Of a stretch of DNA of 32,550 nucleotides, positions 21,387 through 32,550 are shown piece by piece (positions within the stretch are counted from its first letter, which is position 1; each line of letters starts with the position of its first letter). Below the pieces are notes generated by a model that saw only the letters and a program-made list of their open reading frames with translations, had not been told where the DNA came from and did not search any database. Source of the stretch: Octopus bimaculoides (taxonomy: Eukaryota); the NCBI RefSeq assembly GCF_001194135.2, contig NC_069008.1, positions 3,259,361 to 3,291,910 of the forward strand, in the 5' to 3' direction. The position numbers and the translations under genes were made by a program.

Positions 21387-21725
21387 ATATATATATATAT
21401 ATANNNNNNNNNNNNNNNNNNNNNNNNNNNNNNNNNNNNNNNNNNNNNNNNNNNNNNNNNNNNNNNNNNNNNNNNNNNNNNNNNNNNNNNNNNNNNNNNN
21501 NNNNNNNNNNNNNNNNNNNNNNNNNNNNNNNNNNNNNNNNNNNNNNNNNNNNNNNNNNNNNNNNNNNNNNNNNNNNNNNNNNNNNNNNNNNNNNNNNNNN
21601 NNNNNNNNNNNNNNNNNNNNNNNNNNNNNNNNNNNNNNNNNNNNNNNNNNNNNNNNNNNNNNNNNNNNNNNNNNNNNNNNNNNNNNNNNNNNNNNNNNNN
21701 NNNNNNNNNNNNNNNNNNNNNNNNN

Positions 21726-21823
<98 letters not shown>

Positions 21824-22142
21824 CAGATACATGCATGCGAGCAATACACACACGTACACAGGAATAATGACAATTTAATCTGTGTATGTTGATAAAAATC
21901 TTGGCTGACATTTTCTTTCTCCCTCCTCACCCAACCCAAAAATGACCTTCCAAAGACAGGAAATGAATGAAAAAAAAATACAATAATGAAGACAGAACAA
22001 CGACAACTACAACAACAACAACAACAACAACAACAGCAACAACAACGATTCAAAGAACGATGACAGTGATGACGACGGCAAGTAATACAACAGCAACAAA
22101 CACATCAATGAACAATGACGATAACTACAATAACAACAGTAA

Positions 22143-22467
22143 GTGGTACTCCGTCGGTTACGACGACGAGTGTTCCAGCTGATGCGATCGAAAGAACAGT
22201 CTTCTAGTGAAATTAACGTGCAAGTGAGTGGGTGAGTATTCCACAGACATGTGTACCCTTAACGTAGTTCTCAGCAAGATTCAGTGTGACACACAGAATG
22301 TGACAAAGCTGGCCCCTTTGTACAACTCGTTTTTGTCTGCTAAGTGGACTGCAGTGAAATGAAATGAAGTGTCTTGCCTAAGGAAGCAATGCGCCGTCGG
22401 GAATCGAACTCACGACATTATGGGGTCGTGAACCTAGTGTCCTAAGCACTAAGCCAAGCACCTTCAC
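22143..22467 (-). mobile_element. SINE with the family-A 3' tail but a different tRNA head and centre (family A'); short related fragment at about 20968-21030
   Basis: 22143-22320 is a diverged reverse complement of the family A tail. 22320-22467 reads (minus) tggcttagtgc..gagttcgattcc..ccttaggcaagacacttc, unlike the family A head. (CAA)n tail at 22000-22140. Confidence 0.8.
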
Positions 22468-22516
22468 ATCAACGTAAGTGGTACTTTTTCCATCACCCCC
22501 CCCCCACACCAAAAAA

Positions 22517-22631
22517 AAGGATGAAAGGGAAAATCGAACTCTGCGGAGTTTGAACTCAGATCGTGAAGACAGAGGAATATACTGCTAAGCATCTTCATGG
22601 AGTGCTAAAAATTCTACCAGCTCGCCGCCTT
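22517..22631 (-). mobile_element. SINE family B, 5' fragment
   Basis: ggatgaaagg...tttgaactcaga...ctaagcat...ccagctcgccgcctt matches the family B head. Confidence 0.7.
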
Positions 22632-23706
22632 AAAAACTACCAGTGATTTCATATGAGATCCCTTAAAAATTACAAACTTCGTAATTATCTGTCAATATTT
22701 ACACATATCTAACCTTTTTGCTATATCTACTAGGTATATTTCTCTGATATTCAAATGAGGTTTGCTAATTTTTCACCCAATATCTCGCTTATTTCNNNNN
22801 NNNNNNNNNNNNNNNNNNNNNNNNNNNNNNNNNNNNNNNNNNNNNNNNNNNNNNNNNNNNNNNNNNNNNNNNNNNNNNNNNNNNNNNNNNNNNNNNNNNN
22901 NNNNNNNNNNNNNNNNNNNNNNNNNNNNNNNNNNNNNNNNNNNNNNNNNNNNNNNNNNNNNNNNNNNNNNNNNNNNNNNNNNNNNNNNNNNNNNNNNNNN
23001 NNNNNNNNNNNNNNNNNNNNNNNNNNNNNNNNNNNNNNNNNNNNNNNNNNNNNNNNNNNNNNNNNNNNNNNNNNNNNNNNNNNNNNNNNNNNNNNNNNNN
23101 NNNNNNNNNNNNNNNNNNNNNNNNNNNNNNNNNNNNNNNNNNNNNNNNNNNNNNNNNNNNNNNNNNNNNNNNNNNNNNNNNNNNNNNNNNNNNNNNNNNN
23201 NNNNNNNNNNNNNNNNNNNNNNNNNNNNNNNNNNNNNNNNNNNNNNNNNNNNNNNNNNNNNNNNNNNNNNNNNNNNNNNNNNNNNNNNNNNNNNNNNNNN
23301 NNNNNNNNNNNNNNNNNNNNNNNNNNNNNNNNNNNNNNNNNNNNNNNNNNNNNNNNNNNNNNNNNNNNNNNNNNNNNNNNNNNNNNNNNNNNNNNNNNNN
23401 NNNNNNNNNNNNNNNNNNNNNNNNNNNNNNNNNNNNNNNNNNNNNNNNNNNNNNNNNNNNNNNNNNNNNNNNNNNNNNNNNNNNNNNNNNNNNNNNNNNN
23501 NNNNNNNNNNNNNNNNNNNNNNNNNNNNNNNNNNNNNNNNNNNNNNNNNNNNNNNNNNNNNNNNNNNNNNNNNNNNNNNNNNNNNNNNNNNNNNNNNNNN
23601 NNNNNNNNNNNNNNNNNNNNNNNNNNNNNNNNNNNNNNNNNNNNNNNNNNNNNNNNNNNNNNNNNNNNNNNNNNNNNNNNNNNNNNNNNNNNNNNNNNNN
23701 NNNNNN

Positions 23707-23759
<53 letters not shown>

Positions 23760-23878
23760 ATATATATATGCATATGCATGTATATATATATATATATGTA
23801 TATATACTATATATACTCATATAATCATATATATAAATATACATATAAATATATACATATATGTGTGTGTGTGTGTGT

Positions 23879-23910
<32 letters not shown>

Positions 23911-24093
23911 TTGTGTGTATATATACATGATTGTATATATATATATATATACTTATACATACATACATATTTATACTCACGTATATAGATATTTGCCGCT
24001 ATACACAGAATGCATGATTCGTGCTGTGCTGGCAGTATCGTTTACGGGAATGACATAATCTAGAGCGAGGCGTGAAATAACAAAACTTATCAC

Positions 24094-24136
<43 letters not shown>

Positions 24137-24654
24137 NNNNNNNNNNATATATTGATGTACATATGTATGCATATGTGTGTATATATACGCACATACACAC
24201 ACACATGCACACATATACACACATATACACACACATGCACACTTACACAATATAGTTACATCAATATGCATGAATATACGCACATATACATATACATATA
24301 TGTATGTACACACACACACACACATACGTATGTATGCATGTATGTGTGTATATATATATATATATGCATGTGTGTGTGAGCATATATATATATGTATGTG
24401 TATATATATNNNNNNNNNNNNNNNNNNNNNNNNNNNNNNNNNNNNNNNNNNNNNNNNNNNNNNNNNNNNNNNNNNNNNNNNNNNNNNNNNNNNNNNNNNN
24501 NNNNNNNNNTGTGTGTGTGTGCGTGTGTGTGTGTGGATATGATTTTCACCTGCATATGGGACGAAAGAATACGTACGAGGCTTGAAAAACAGGAAGTACT
24601 AGTGTCGATTTGCGGTGCTCCAGCGTGGTCACAGACACATGACTGAAAGAAGTA

Positions 24655-24693
<39 letters not shown>

Positions 24694-25823
24694 CATACAT
24701 ACATACTACAGCTTCTCTGTCCAGATTGCAAATTCAAGTTTATACCCGTAATTATTGGGGCACTGGGATATGTAACACATACCACTCTTGAGAAATTAGG
24801 CTTCTCAAAACCAGAATGGGGAAAGCTAATTCGAAGACTACAGATCTAATCCATCACTGGAACTGTAAAAATCTCTAAAACTTTCCTGAAGTCTATCATT
24901 TGAATATATATGAGCATATCTAAATATGCAACTATATGGATGAGAATACATACATAAAACATACAAATCTGCACATACATACATACATACATACATACAT
25001 ACATACATACATACTAAAAATACCCTGTTGTTGATGTCGAAATTCCAATGAAGGAGCCTTGGATCTAGGTTAGAAACCGGTTCTTTCTCTATTGGCAAGA
25101 AAGCTTGAAATAAACTGAATAATGACATTCACATATGTGTGTATGTTTGTGTGTGTATATATTTATCTATGTACTTATGCATTTATATATTTATGTATGT
25201 GTATGGATGGATGGATGGATGGATGGATGGATGGATGGATGGATGGATGGATGGATAGACGGGCGGATGGGCATCGATATGCTAATACAATAATTTACTC
25301 TCCGAAACATAGATACAACCGGTTATCTAACACAAATACACAAATCATGATTATATATACATACACACACACACGTGCAGGCACTCACAGACGTATACAC
25401 ACATGTGAATGTCTGTTGTGCGTGACGTTATATAAAAGTTACATAAACTGTTCTCGATCAATTTACTGCTATCATTGTCGAAGAACTTGAGCAGGAAATA
25501 TATTGGTTAACAGTAGATGGGCGGCAAGAATAATCCATTTATGAAATTCTTTAAAATACTCCAGATATCGTGGAGAGTGAATTGAGCGAATATTCTAAAT
25601 GTTATGGTTGTATATCTCGTATGACGAACTCATAACATAAAATTGGTAATAAAACAATATGTCGAACCTTAATACTATGGCGGCATTTTACTTTTGTGGA
25701 GTAAACAGCACATATGCTTTCACAACAACGTACAAAAATTTATAAGGTAATGTCTGTATGTGTATATATGTTGCGAAGTCGAACTCGAGTGAAATTTAAA
25801 CGTTATTACAATGATCGATAATG

Positions 25824-25854
<31 letters not shown>

Positions 25855-25856
<2 letters not shown>

Positions 25857-26400
25857 GCCCGGATGCAGTACCAGGCAGTGGCTCTCATGGCTTCTGATCT
25901 TAATTGATTGGAAGTGTTATCAAGTACATTGTTTTGTCTTGGTATAAAAGATGGGCTACAGCAAATATTCTGCCCCATACCACAGATTTGCTTGTCAATT
26001 GTTTGACCTTAACCAGTTGAGCATGTCCCTTGGTGGCTGACGATATGTGCATCTCTGATCACGAACAGAAGTAGTGGGGGAGCATCATAGCCATGTGTTG
26101 AGAGGAATTCTTTGGGGTTTGAATAATTCACCTTTGAAAACGTGGGTGTTTTGTTCAACATCCTTAAAGAAACCTTATTCAGGGACCTTTTGAACAGGAT
26201 GGGCTACTCAACCTGCAGAAAAATCTAACTGGGCCCCACCTGCGAGGTCATGCGCTGTTTATCTTGATATGAGATCACTATGTTGCACACACATGGTTGT
26301 GATGCATGTGCCTGGTGTATCCTTATCAGACAGGTAGTCATGATGGGTATACTGGGCTTCGTATATTTGTACCCCAGTGTCACTTTGATGGCATGCACTG
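25855..26400. repeat. Probable unclassified interspersed repeat bounded by (AAT)n tracts
   Basis: A complex 550-bp block with no ORF, sharply flanked by (AAT)n at 25817-25853 and 26412-26460. No second copy lies in the window, so its repeat status is inferred. Confidence 0.35.
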
Positions 26401-26411
26401 CTCTCTCACTC

Positions 26412-26460
<49 letters not shown>

Positions 26461-26463
<3 letters not shown>

Positions 26464-27520
26464 TCTACTATAGTCACAAGGCTTGAAATTTTGGGGGAGT
26501 GGGGTAGTCGATTACATCGACCCAATATGTAACTGGTACGTATTTCCTCGATCCCGAATGGACGACTGGCAAGGTCGACCTCGACTGAATAATCGATAAT
26601 TATAACAAAAACAACAGCTACAACAACAATCACAAGAACAACAACAATCTTTTCTGCTATAGGCACAAGGCCTGAAATTTGGGGGAGGAGTAAGTGTGTT
26701 ACATCGAACCCAGTACGTACAACTCTCTAATGCACGGACTCTGGATGATTTCATGCAGGTCTGTTTCGTCGCCCTGCATGCATCTCAGGCAGGTTTGGCT
26801 GTTGGCACGTCCATGCTTGAAGTGCTCGTCTCGAACAGGCAATACTCTCCTGTAGCACTACCAAGCTAAAGATTTTTGAAAATTGTCCGTGATCTACAAC
26901 TCGACAGCGCCCCCGAATGAATCCTAGACCATCGTCTCTCATAATCTCAGCTAGCCCTCTAGAGAAATCATGGGTTGTTTTCCTGCTAACAGTTTTGTCC
27001 AACTGGTACAATGCAGTGAGCGTCTGTCAACATTCTAGATGCCAAGCGCCCAATCTTGGTTTATGTTCGACCCATGTCTGCAGCTCCGTCAATGAGATGA
27101 GTTGCGGATAACCTCTTCTTCTTTTGGTACAAAGCCTGAAATTTAAGGGCAGGGGGTTTGTCGATTACATCTACCTCAGTGCTCGACTGGTACTTATTTT
27201 TATCGACCCCGAAAGGATGGATAGCAAAGTCGACCTCGGCGGCATTTGAACACAAAACAAATAAGGACGGACCAAATGCCGCGATGAATTTTGCCCGGTG
27301 CATTATAATAATATAAGTTTCAAATTTTGAGGCAAGGCCAGCAATTTGGTGGAAAAGGGACAAAGTTAGTATTAGGACCCCCAGTACTTGACTGGTACTT
27401 TATTTTATCAATCTAGATAGAATGATAGGGAAAAAAAAATGTCGACCACAGTAAGATTTGAAACCAGAACGTATAGACCGTTCGTTCGATGCTCTAACGA
27501 TTCTGTAAACTCGCCGCCTT
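26461..27520 (-). mobile_element. Cluster of four same-strand SINE B-like copies (about 26461-26587, 26653-26720, 27120-27303, 27313-27520) around a LINE fragment
   Basis: Repeated aaggc(c/t)tgaaattt..ggg..gtcgattacatcgacc..actggtact..tcga(c/t)ccc..aaagtcgacctcg motifs. Confidence 0.75.
26723..26887 (-). mobile_element. Decayed L1/Tx1-type LINE ORF2 C-terminal (zf-RVT-like) fragment
   Basis: Minus-strand frame reads DNFQKSLAW*CYRRVLPVRDEHFKHGRANSQTCLRCMQGDETDLHEIIQSPCIRE. This fits the W..LP..G..CxxC..ET..H zinc-knuckle region, with one in-frame stop. Confidence 0.65.
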
Positions 27521-27659
27521 AACAACAACAGCAATAACAACAACAACAACAGCAACAACTTGATCACTCGCATTATATAGCCACTTTAACGAGACGTTGA
27601 ACGTAAGTATTGAATACACATCTGATGTTTCAGATATATGTATATTTTCGTTTTCTATT

Positions 27660-28300
27660 GAATAGAGAATAGCGTGCCACCGCCGCCGCCATCGTCACCG
27701 CCACCACTATCACCACCACCATTGAGAACCATGACTACCACCGCTACTACCATCACCATCACCATCACCATCACCATCACGACGAAGACGAGCACGTCGA
27801 CCACCGCCACTACCATAAACGCCACCACAACCACATTACTATCGCCATTACTACCACCACCACTACAACCACTATCACCACAACCCACACCTCCCGCCGC
27901 CACCACCACAACCCACCACCACCACCACCACAACCCACCACCAACAACAACAATAACAGAAAAAAACAACTGTACCACTACCACCGCCACAACTATTAAC
28001 ACCACCACCACTACAACCACTATCATCGCAACCCACACCGCCGCCGCCACCAACATCAAAAACAGTGATACCACCACCGCCACTGCTACCATTGCACCAC
28101 CACCAACAACAACAACCTCAACAATAATTAAAAAAAACAACAACCGTACCACTACGACCGCCATTACAATCAACTCCACCACCTGAACTACCAGCACCAC
28201 CACAACTACCACCGCCACTACCACCACCACCACCATCACCACCGACATTAATAAGTAACTACAAATACAACATCTACGACCACACCTTCTCCACCAAAAC
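27660..28300. repeat. (ACC/CAA/CCG)-rich low-complexity tract
   Basis: Degenerate trinucleotide repeats that generate Thr/Pro-rich and Val-rich pseudo-ORFs. Confidence 0.85.
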
Positions 28301-28998
28301 CACCGGCAGAGTACATAAACTGAAAACGTTTGCGCTCATTTATCGTCTGCTTGTGCTAACATGGCGGCGACGTGTTAAGTTGAATGTGTGTATTCAAATG
28401 GACGTTTGTTAAATACGGTATGTTTGGTAAGTAATTGAGGTTACGATATGAATGAAATGTTTCGTTTTTCACTTGATCAAAAAAAGCAAGACTATAACCT
28501 AAACTATTTATTCATTTTCTTGCTGTTGCTGTGCTTTATTTTCTGTTTGTGTTTTCGTATCTGTCTGTGTCCTTTCTAAGTATGAAATATGCGGATTTTT
28601 TTAAAAGGTAATTTTAAGGAAGGGAACGTTATGCAGTTTCCTCACACACTCATATACATCACCCGCAGACACGCAGACGCCTTTATATATACATATATGT
28701 ATGTATGAATGTATGTATGTATGTATGTATGTATGTATGTATGCATGCATGCATGCATGCATGTATGTATGTATGTATGTGTTTGTGTGTATGTATGGAT
28801 GGATTTATATGCATGCATAGATGCATGTATATAAATATATATAAGTATGTATGTTTGCGTATATATATATATATATATACAAATACGTACATATATATAT
28901 GTGTGTGTATGAATTATGTGTGCATATATATATCATGTATGACACATGTGTATATAAATATATGTATTAGAGTAAGAGAGAGAAAGAGAGGGATTGAA

Positions 28999-29038
<40 letters not shown>

Positions 29039-29248
29039 CGAGTGAGGGGAGGATTGAGAATAAGAGAAAGAGAGCCGGCTTGACAGACGGACTAGTGAGA
29101 GAGATGGATGTATATACACTTGAGTGCAAACAGGAGTAAAAGAGAGAAAAAGAAATAGGAGTACTTACTAGAACCAGAATGAAATATTTCATTGGAATAT
29201 GAAACTTCAGAAATCGCTAACCATCAAATGGGAACACACACACACACA

Positions 29249-29279
<31 letters not shown>

Positions 29280-30443
29280 NNNNNNNNNNNNNNNNNNNNN
29301 NNNNNNNNNNNNNNNNNNNNNNNNNNNNNNNNNNNNNNNNNNNNNNNNNNNNNNNNNNNNNNNNNNNNNNNNNNNNNATATATATACACATACACACACA
29401 CAACCATGGGAATGTGTGTGTACGAAATGATAGCGACAAAAGTAATATGAATATGAAAAGCAATCGTTATATCTAACTTAATGTGGATGTTGTGCTAGAA
29501 CATCGACTACTGTAGAGGATCTTTCATATGCATGGTGCATAAAAGCACTCATATTTGTATCATTAGCAGACGAGAATCGTCTTCTACAGGCGCCTGAGTC
29601 ACCTGATAATGTGATTTCGCCCTGCCCGGGCTCTTCTGTAGCAAACGTCCACTAGATATAAAATATCAGGTAGGCAAGTTTTAACAGGCATCACCAAATG
29701 TTTTGTTTGCTGGCGGCCGGGCAATTTCAAGAACTACTGCCACCGCCTAATTCCAATGTGATGTCACTCACTGAAGAGACATTATTATACCGAAACACCG
29801 ATGTCTGATAGTTTACTGACGTCAGCAGAGCGTATGGGTTGGTTACAGATATCTTCTAAAGAGAGAAGTCCATTCTTTGAAGACAAAATCCAGCTGCTGC
29901 GAAAGGCCATATTTACGTCGGTGCCTGTTGGAAAGTGTTATTACTTAAATATAGAGATGCGCCGAACGAAAGATACTAGCGCGCCACGTTCGGCAAATTC
30001 TTGCTTGTAGATGACCATTTCTATTCCGATCGGACTGGGAAGGATTAGCTCGAGTTGAGGGGGAAGCAAGACGCTGGAAGATTCCACTGACACAGGTTCG
30101 AAATATAAAAGAAATCGGAGAATACGTTATTAGCGAACATCCGTCTGACGAGCGACGAAAGCCGAGTCTGAAAACAAATTCAACCGATTGTTGCTGGAGA
30201 AACTATCGCAGCAGATATCATCCCAAATTACACACATAGCTCTTTGTTTATAATGAAAAAAAAACCCCAGAAAAAAACGGATGCTCTAACTCTGATGGTC
30301 ATCTAAGAAAACAACACAATTATCATATCTGTCTTAATTTTTCTTCCAACGAAGAGATGAAGAGGGAAAAAAATACAGTGCGTGGTGTAATGTCCTAGCT
30401 TTCATTTCATAGCGAATCTGGTATAGTTTACATAGCAATTCTG

Positions 30444-30474
<31 letters not shown>

Positions 30475-30486
30475 CCCCCTCTGGAA

Positions 30487-30521
<35 letters not shown>

Positions 30522-30779
30522 TGTGTGCACACACTCAGGCGCACACATTCTTATGTATATATGCATTCACACACATACGCACACATATATACATACATAC
30601 ACACATACATACATATATACATACACACACACACACACACACACAGATGTTTGTGTGTATATATCGTACACGTTAGCCTTCAGGATATATAATATGTAGG
30701 ACAACTCAGACAAGATAGTATGTCATTTGAAACAACTCTCACTCCCATATATACACGCAATCCAGACATACATACTTAC

Positions 30780-30826
<47 letters not shown>

Positions 30827-30879
30827 TACACAGTTACATACATACGTACGAACATACATGCAAACACGCATTCATATAC

Positions 30880-30926
<47 letters not shown>

Positions 30927-30936
30927 NNNNNNNNNN

Positions 30937-31009
<73 letters not shown>

Positions 31010-31394
31010 CAGAGAGACAGAGAGAGAGAGACAGAGAGAGAGAGATAGAGAGAGAGAGAGTCATTCTCGCTTACATTAAGTTGACACGCCCATTCGTACA
31101 CATGTATACACACACTCGTACACACATATGCAATCACATATACGCACGTACACGTACATACCATATACCGATACACAAGCGTAAACACACGTATAAACAT
31201 ACATAAACACATACACGCATGCACACATACAGACAGCGATATTATGGTGTATTGTTGATGTTTTGGAAAATGCTTGTGACACTTGTACACACATTGAAGG
31301 TTGTATAAAACAATTTACATGTGTACATATACACGTAACGAATGATTATATATGCAAATAATTATCCAATATATATGTATTTGCATACATATAC

Positions 31395-31500
31395 TACGAG
31401 TTAATTTGTTCCCTGAGACTGCCCGTAAAGCGAAAACTCGTAAAGCAAAGCAATAATTTCCCACAGTAGCAATGTTATAAATCGTAATTCGTTCCCAGAA
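31395..31500 (+). mobile_element. Probable pogo/Tigger-like DNA transposon subterminal remnant
   Basis: gagttaatttgttcc..cgtaaagcgaaaactcgtaaagcaaagc..tttccca..aatg..taattcgttcc follows the paired AATT(C/T)GTTCC layout typical of Tigger/pogo element ends (recognised from memory). Confidence 0.45.
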
Positions 31501-31933
31501 AAATATTTTACCAATAAAATTTGTAATATTTGTAAATAAATAGCAATAAAAGAACAATAGAATGTAAAGAATATTTTATGTAAAGTAAAAAGAACATCAA
31601 GACCATTTATAATAATAATAAAAAATTATTATTATAATTGTTTTCTGAATCACGTTCATTTGCACTAGACTCGTGCATACCATCACTTGTAGACGCGATC
31701 GCCAATTCGCAAGCACTCGTAGGCGGACTGGTAGATTTCTTTTTAAAACAAACAAGTCCAGAGTTGTTTGCTTAGAAGCCTTTTTTTTTTGCCCTCTGTA
31801 AATTTCTCACCACGGAGGAATCGGCGTAAGCTTAAAGAATAAACCGAGAGAGGTGAACCGAGATATGGCGAGGCATTACTGTATATTGATTTGTTCATGT
31901 GCATGTGTAAGTGGTAGGAAAAGTCCGTATATA

Positions 31934-31980
31934 TACGAGGGATGTATGAAAAGTTCTGAGCTTTCAAGGCTTTTGAGCCT
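31934..31980 (+). mobile_element. Mariner-like left terminal inverted repeat (TA target site)
   Basis: TA-CGAGGGATGTATGAAAAGTTCTGAG resembles the TACGAGGG..AAAAGT start of mariner TIRs. The partner TIR is not in the window. Confidence 0.55.
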
Positions 31981-32550
31981 TGAAGTCTTGTACGTTCATC
32001 AGAAGTCTTGTACCTTCATCAAAAGTCGTGTACTTTCATCAGAAGTCTTGTACTTTCATCAGAAGTCTTGTACTTTCATCAGAAGTCTTGTACTTTCATC
32101 AGAAGTCGTGTACTTTCATCAGAAATCGTGTACTTTCATCAGAAGTCGTGTACTTTCATCAGAAGTCGTGTACTTTCATCAGAAGTCTTGTACTTTCATC
32201 AGAAGTCTTGTACTTTCATCAGAAGTCTTGTACTTTCATCAGAAGTCTTGTACTTTCATCAGAAGTCGTGTACTTTCATCAGAAGTCTTGTACTTTCATC
32301 AGAAGTCTTGTACTTTCATCAGAAGTCGTGTACTTTCATCAGAAGTCTTGTACTTTCAGTAGAAGTCGTGTACTTTCATTAGAAGTCGTGTACTTTCATC
32401 AGAAGTCGTGTACTTTCATCAGAAGTCTTGTACTTTCATCAGAAGTCTTGTACTTTCATCAGAAGTCTTGTACTGTCATCAGAAGTCGTGTACTTTCATC
32501 AGAAGTCTTGTACTTTCATCAGAAGTCTTGAACTTTCATCAGAAGTCTTG
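31981..32550 (+). repeat. 20-bp minisatellite AGAAGTC(T/G)TGTACTTTCATC, 28.5 units, running off the window end
   Basis: Exact 20-bp periodicity from 31981, a T/G dimorphism at unit position 8, and scattered single substitutions. Confidence 0.97.

Larger units (their letters stand above)
2221..30936. other. Assembly gaps: 2221-2660, 7554-7864, 10588-10743, 11283-11292, 12690-13452, 14050-14432, 15900-16425, 17160-17169, 19177-19749, 21404-21725, 22796-23706, 24137-24146, 24410-24509, 29280-29377, 30927-30936
   Basis: Runs of N, nearly all abutting SINEs or microsatellites. Confidence 0.98.

Noticed and set aside
12434-24700. Numerous long ORFs rich in X, YI, CV, HT, LS or ER
   Set aside because: They are translations of N gaps and dinucleotide or tetranucleotide microsatellites.
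27655-28248. Mucin-like Thr/Pro-rich ORF (27674-28186) and antisense Val-rich ORF
   Set aside because: Products of degenerate ACC/CAA trinucleotide repeats; a similar tract lies in intron 4, and there is no splice or domain support.
31853-32550. ORFs of 169, 183 and 124 aa with an SSEVLYFHQKSCTFIRSLVL repeat
   Set aside because: All three frames give the same peptide because a stop-free 20-bp unit is repeated; there is no coding signal.
31981-32550. CRISPR-like array
   Set aside because: Units are head-to-tail with no unique spacers, the context is eukaryotic, and there are no cas genes.

Overview
Eukaryotic, repeat-rich, gap-rich genomic DNA, most likely octopus. That assignment is inferred from the molluscan hemocyanin-type exons, the tRNA-headed SINEs, Dong/R4-type LINE debris and very dense microsatellites. 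The only well-supported gene is a + strand, intron-split hemocyanin-derived gene with exons 3044-4162, 5327-5813, 6150-6952, 8387-9650 and probably 10814-10871. The exons splice in one continuous frame (about 1,243 aa from the first visible codon); the 5' or signal-peptide exon is not visible. It encodes three tandem molluscan hemocyanin functional units (FUs), against 7-8 in respiratory hemocyanins. FU1 and FU2 have lost most of the six copper-ligand histidines and the thioether Cys but keep an intact frame, canonical splice sites and structural cysteines. FU3 keeps a complete type-3 dicopper motif set but has lost structural cysteines that the other two retain. A highly cationic, internally duplicated linker precedes FU2, and a short two-Cys tail may be spliced on after FU3. 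The remaining ~21 kb is SINEs (at least four related modular families), decayed LINE and DNA-transposon fragments, mini- and microsatellites and N gaps, with a few unique motif-rich islands that may be regulatory. A 20-bp minisatellite just inside a mariner-like terminal repeat closes the window. Almost all other ORFs in the supplied track are repeat or gap artefacts.
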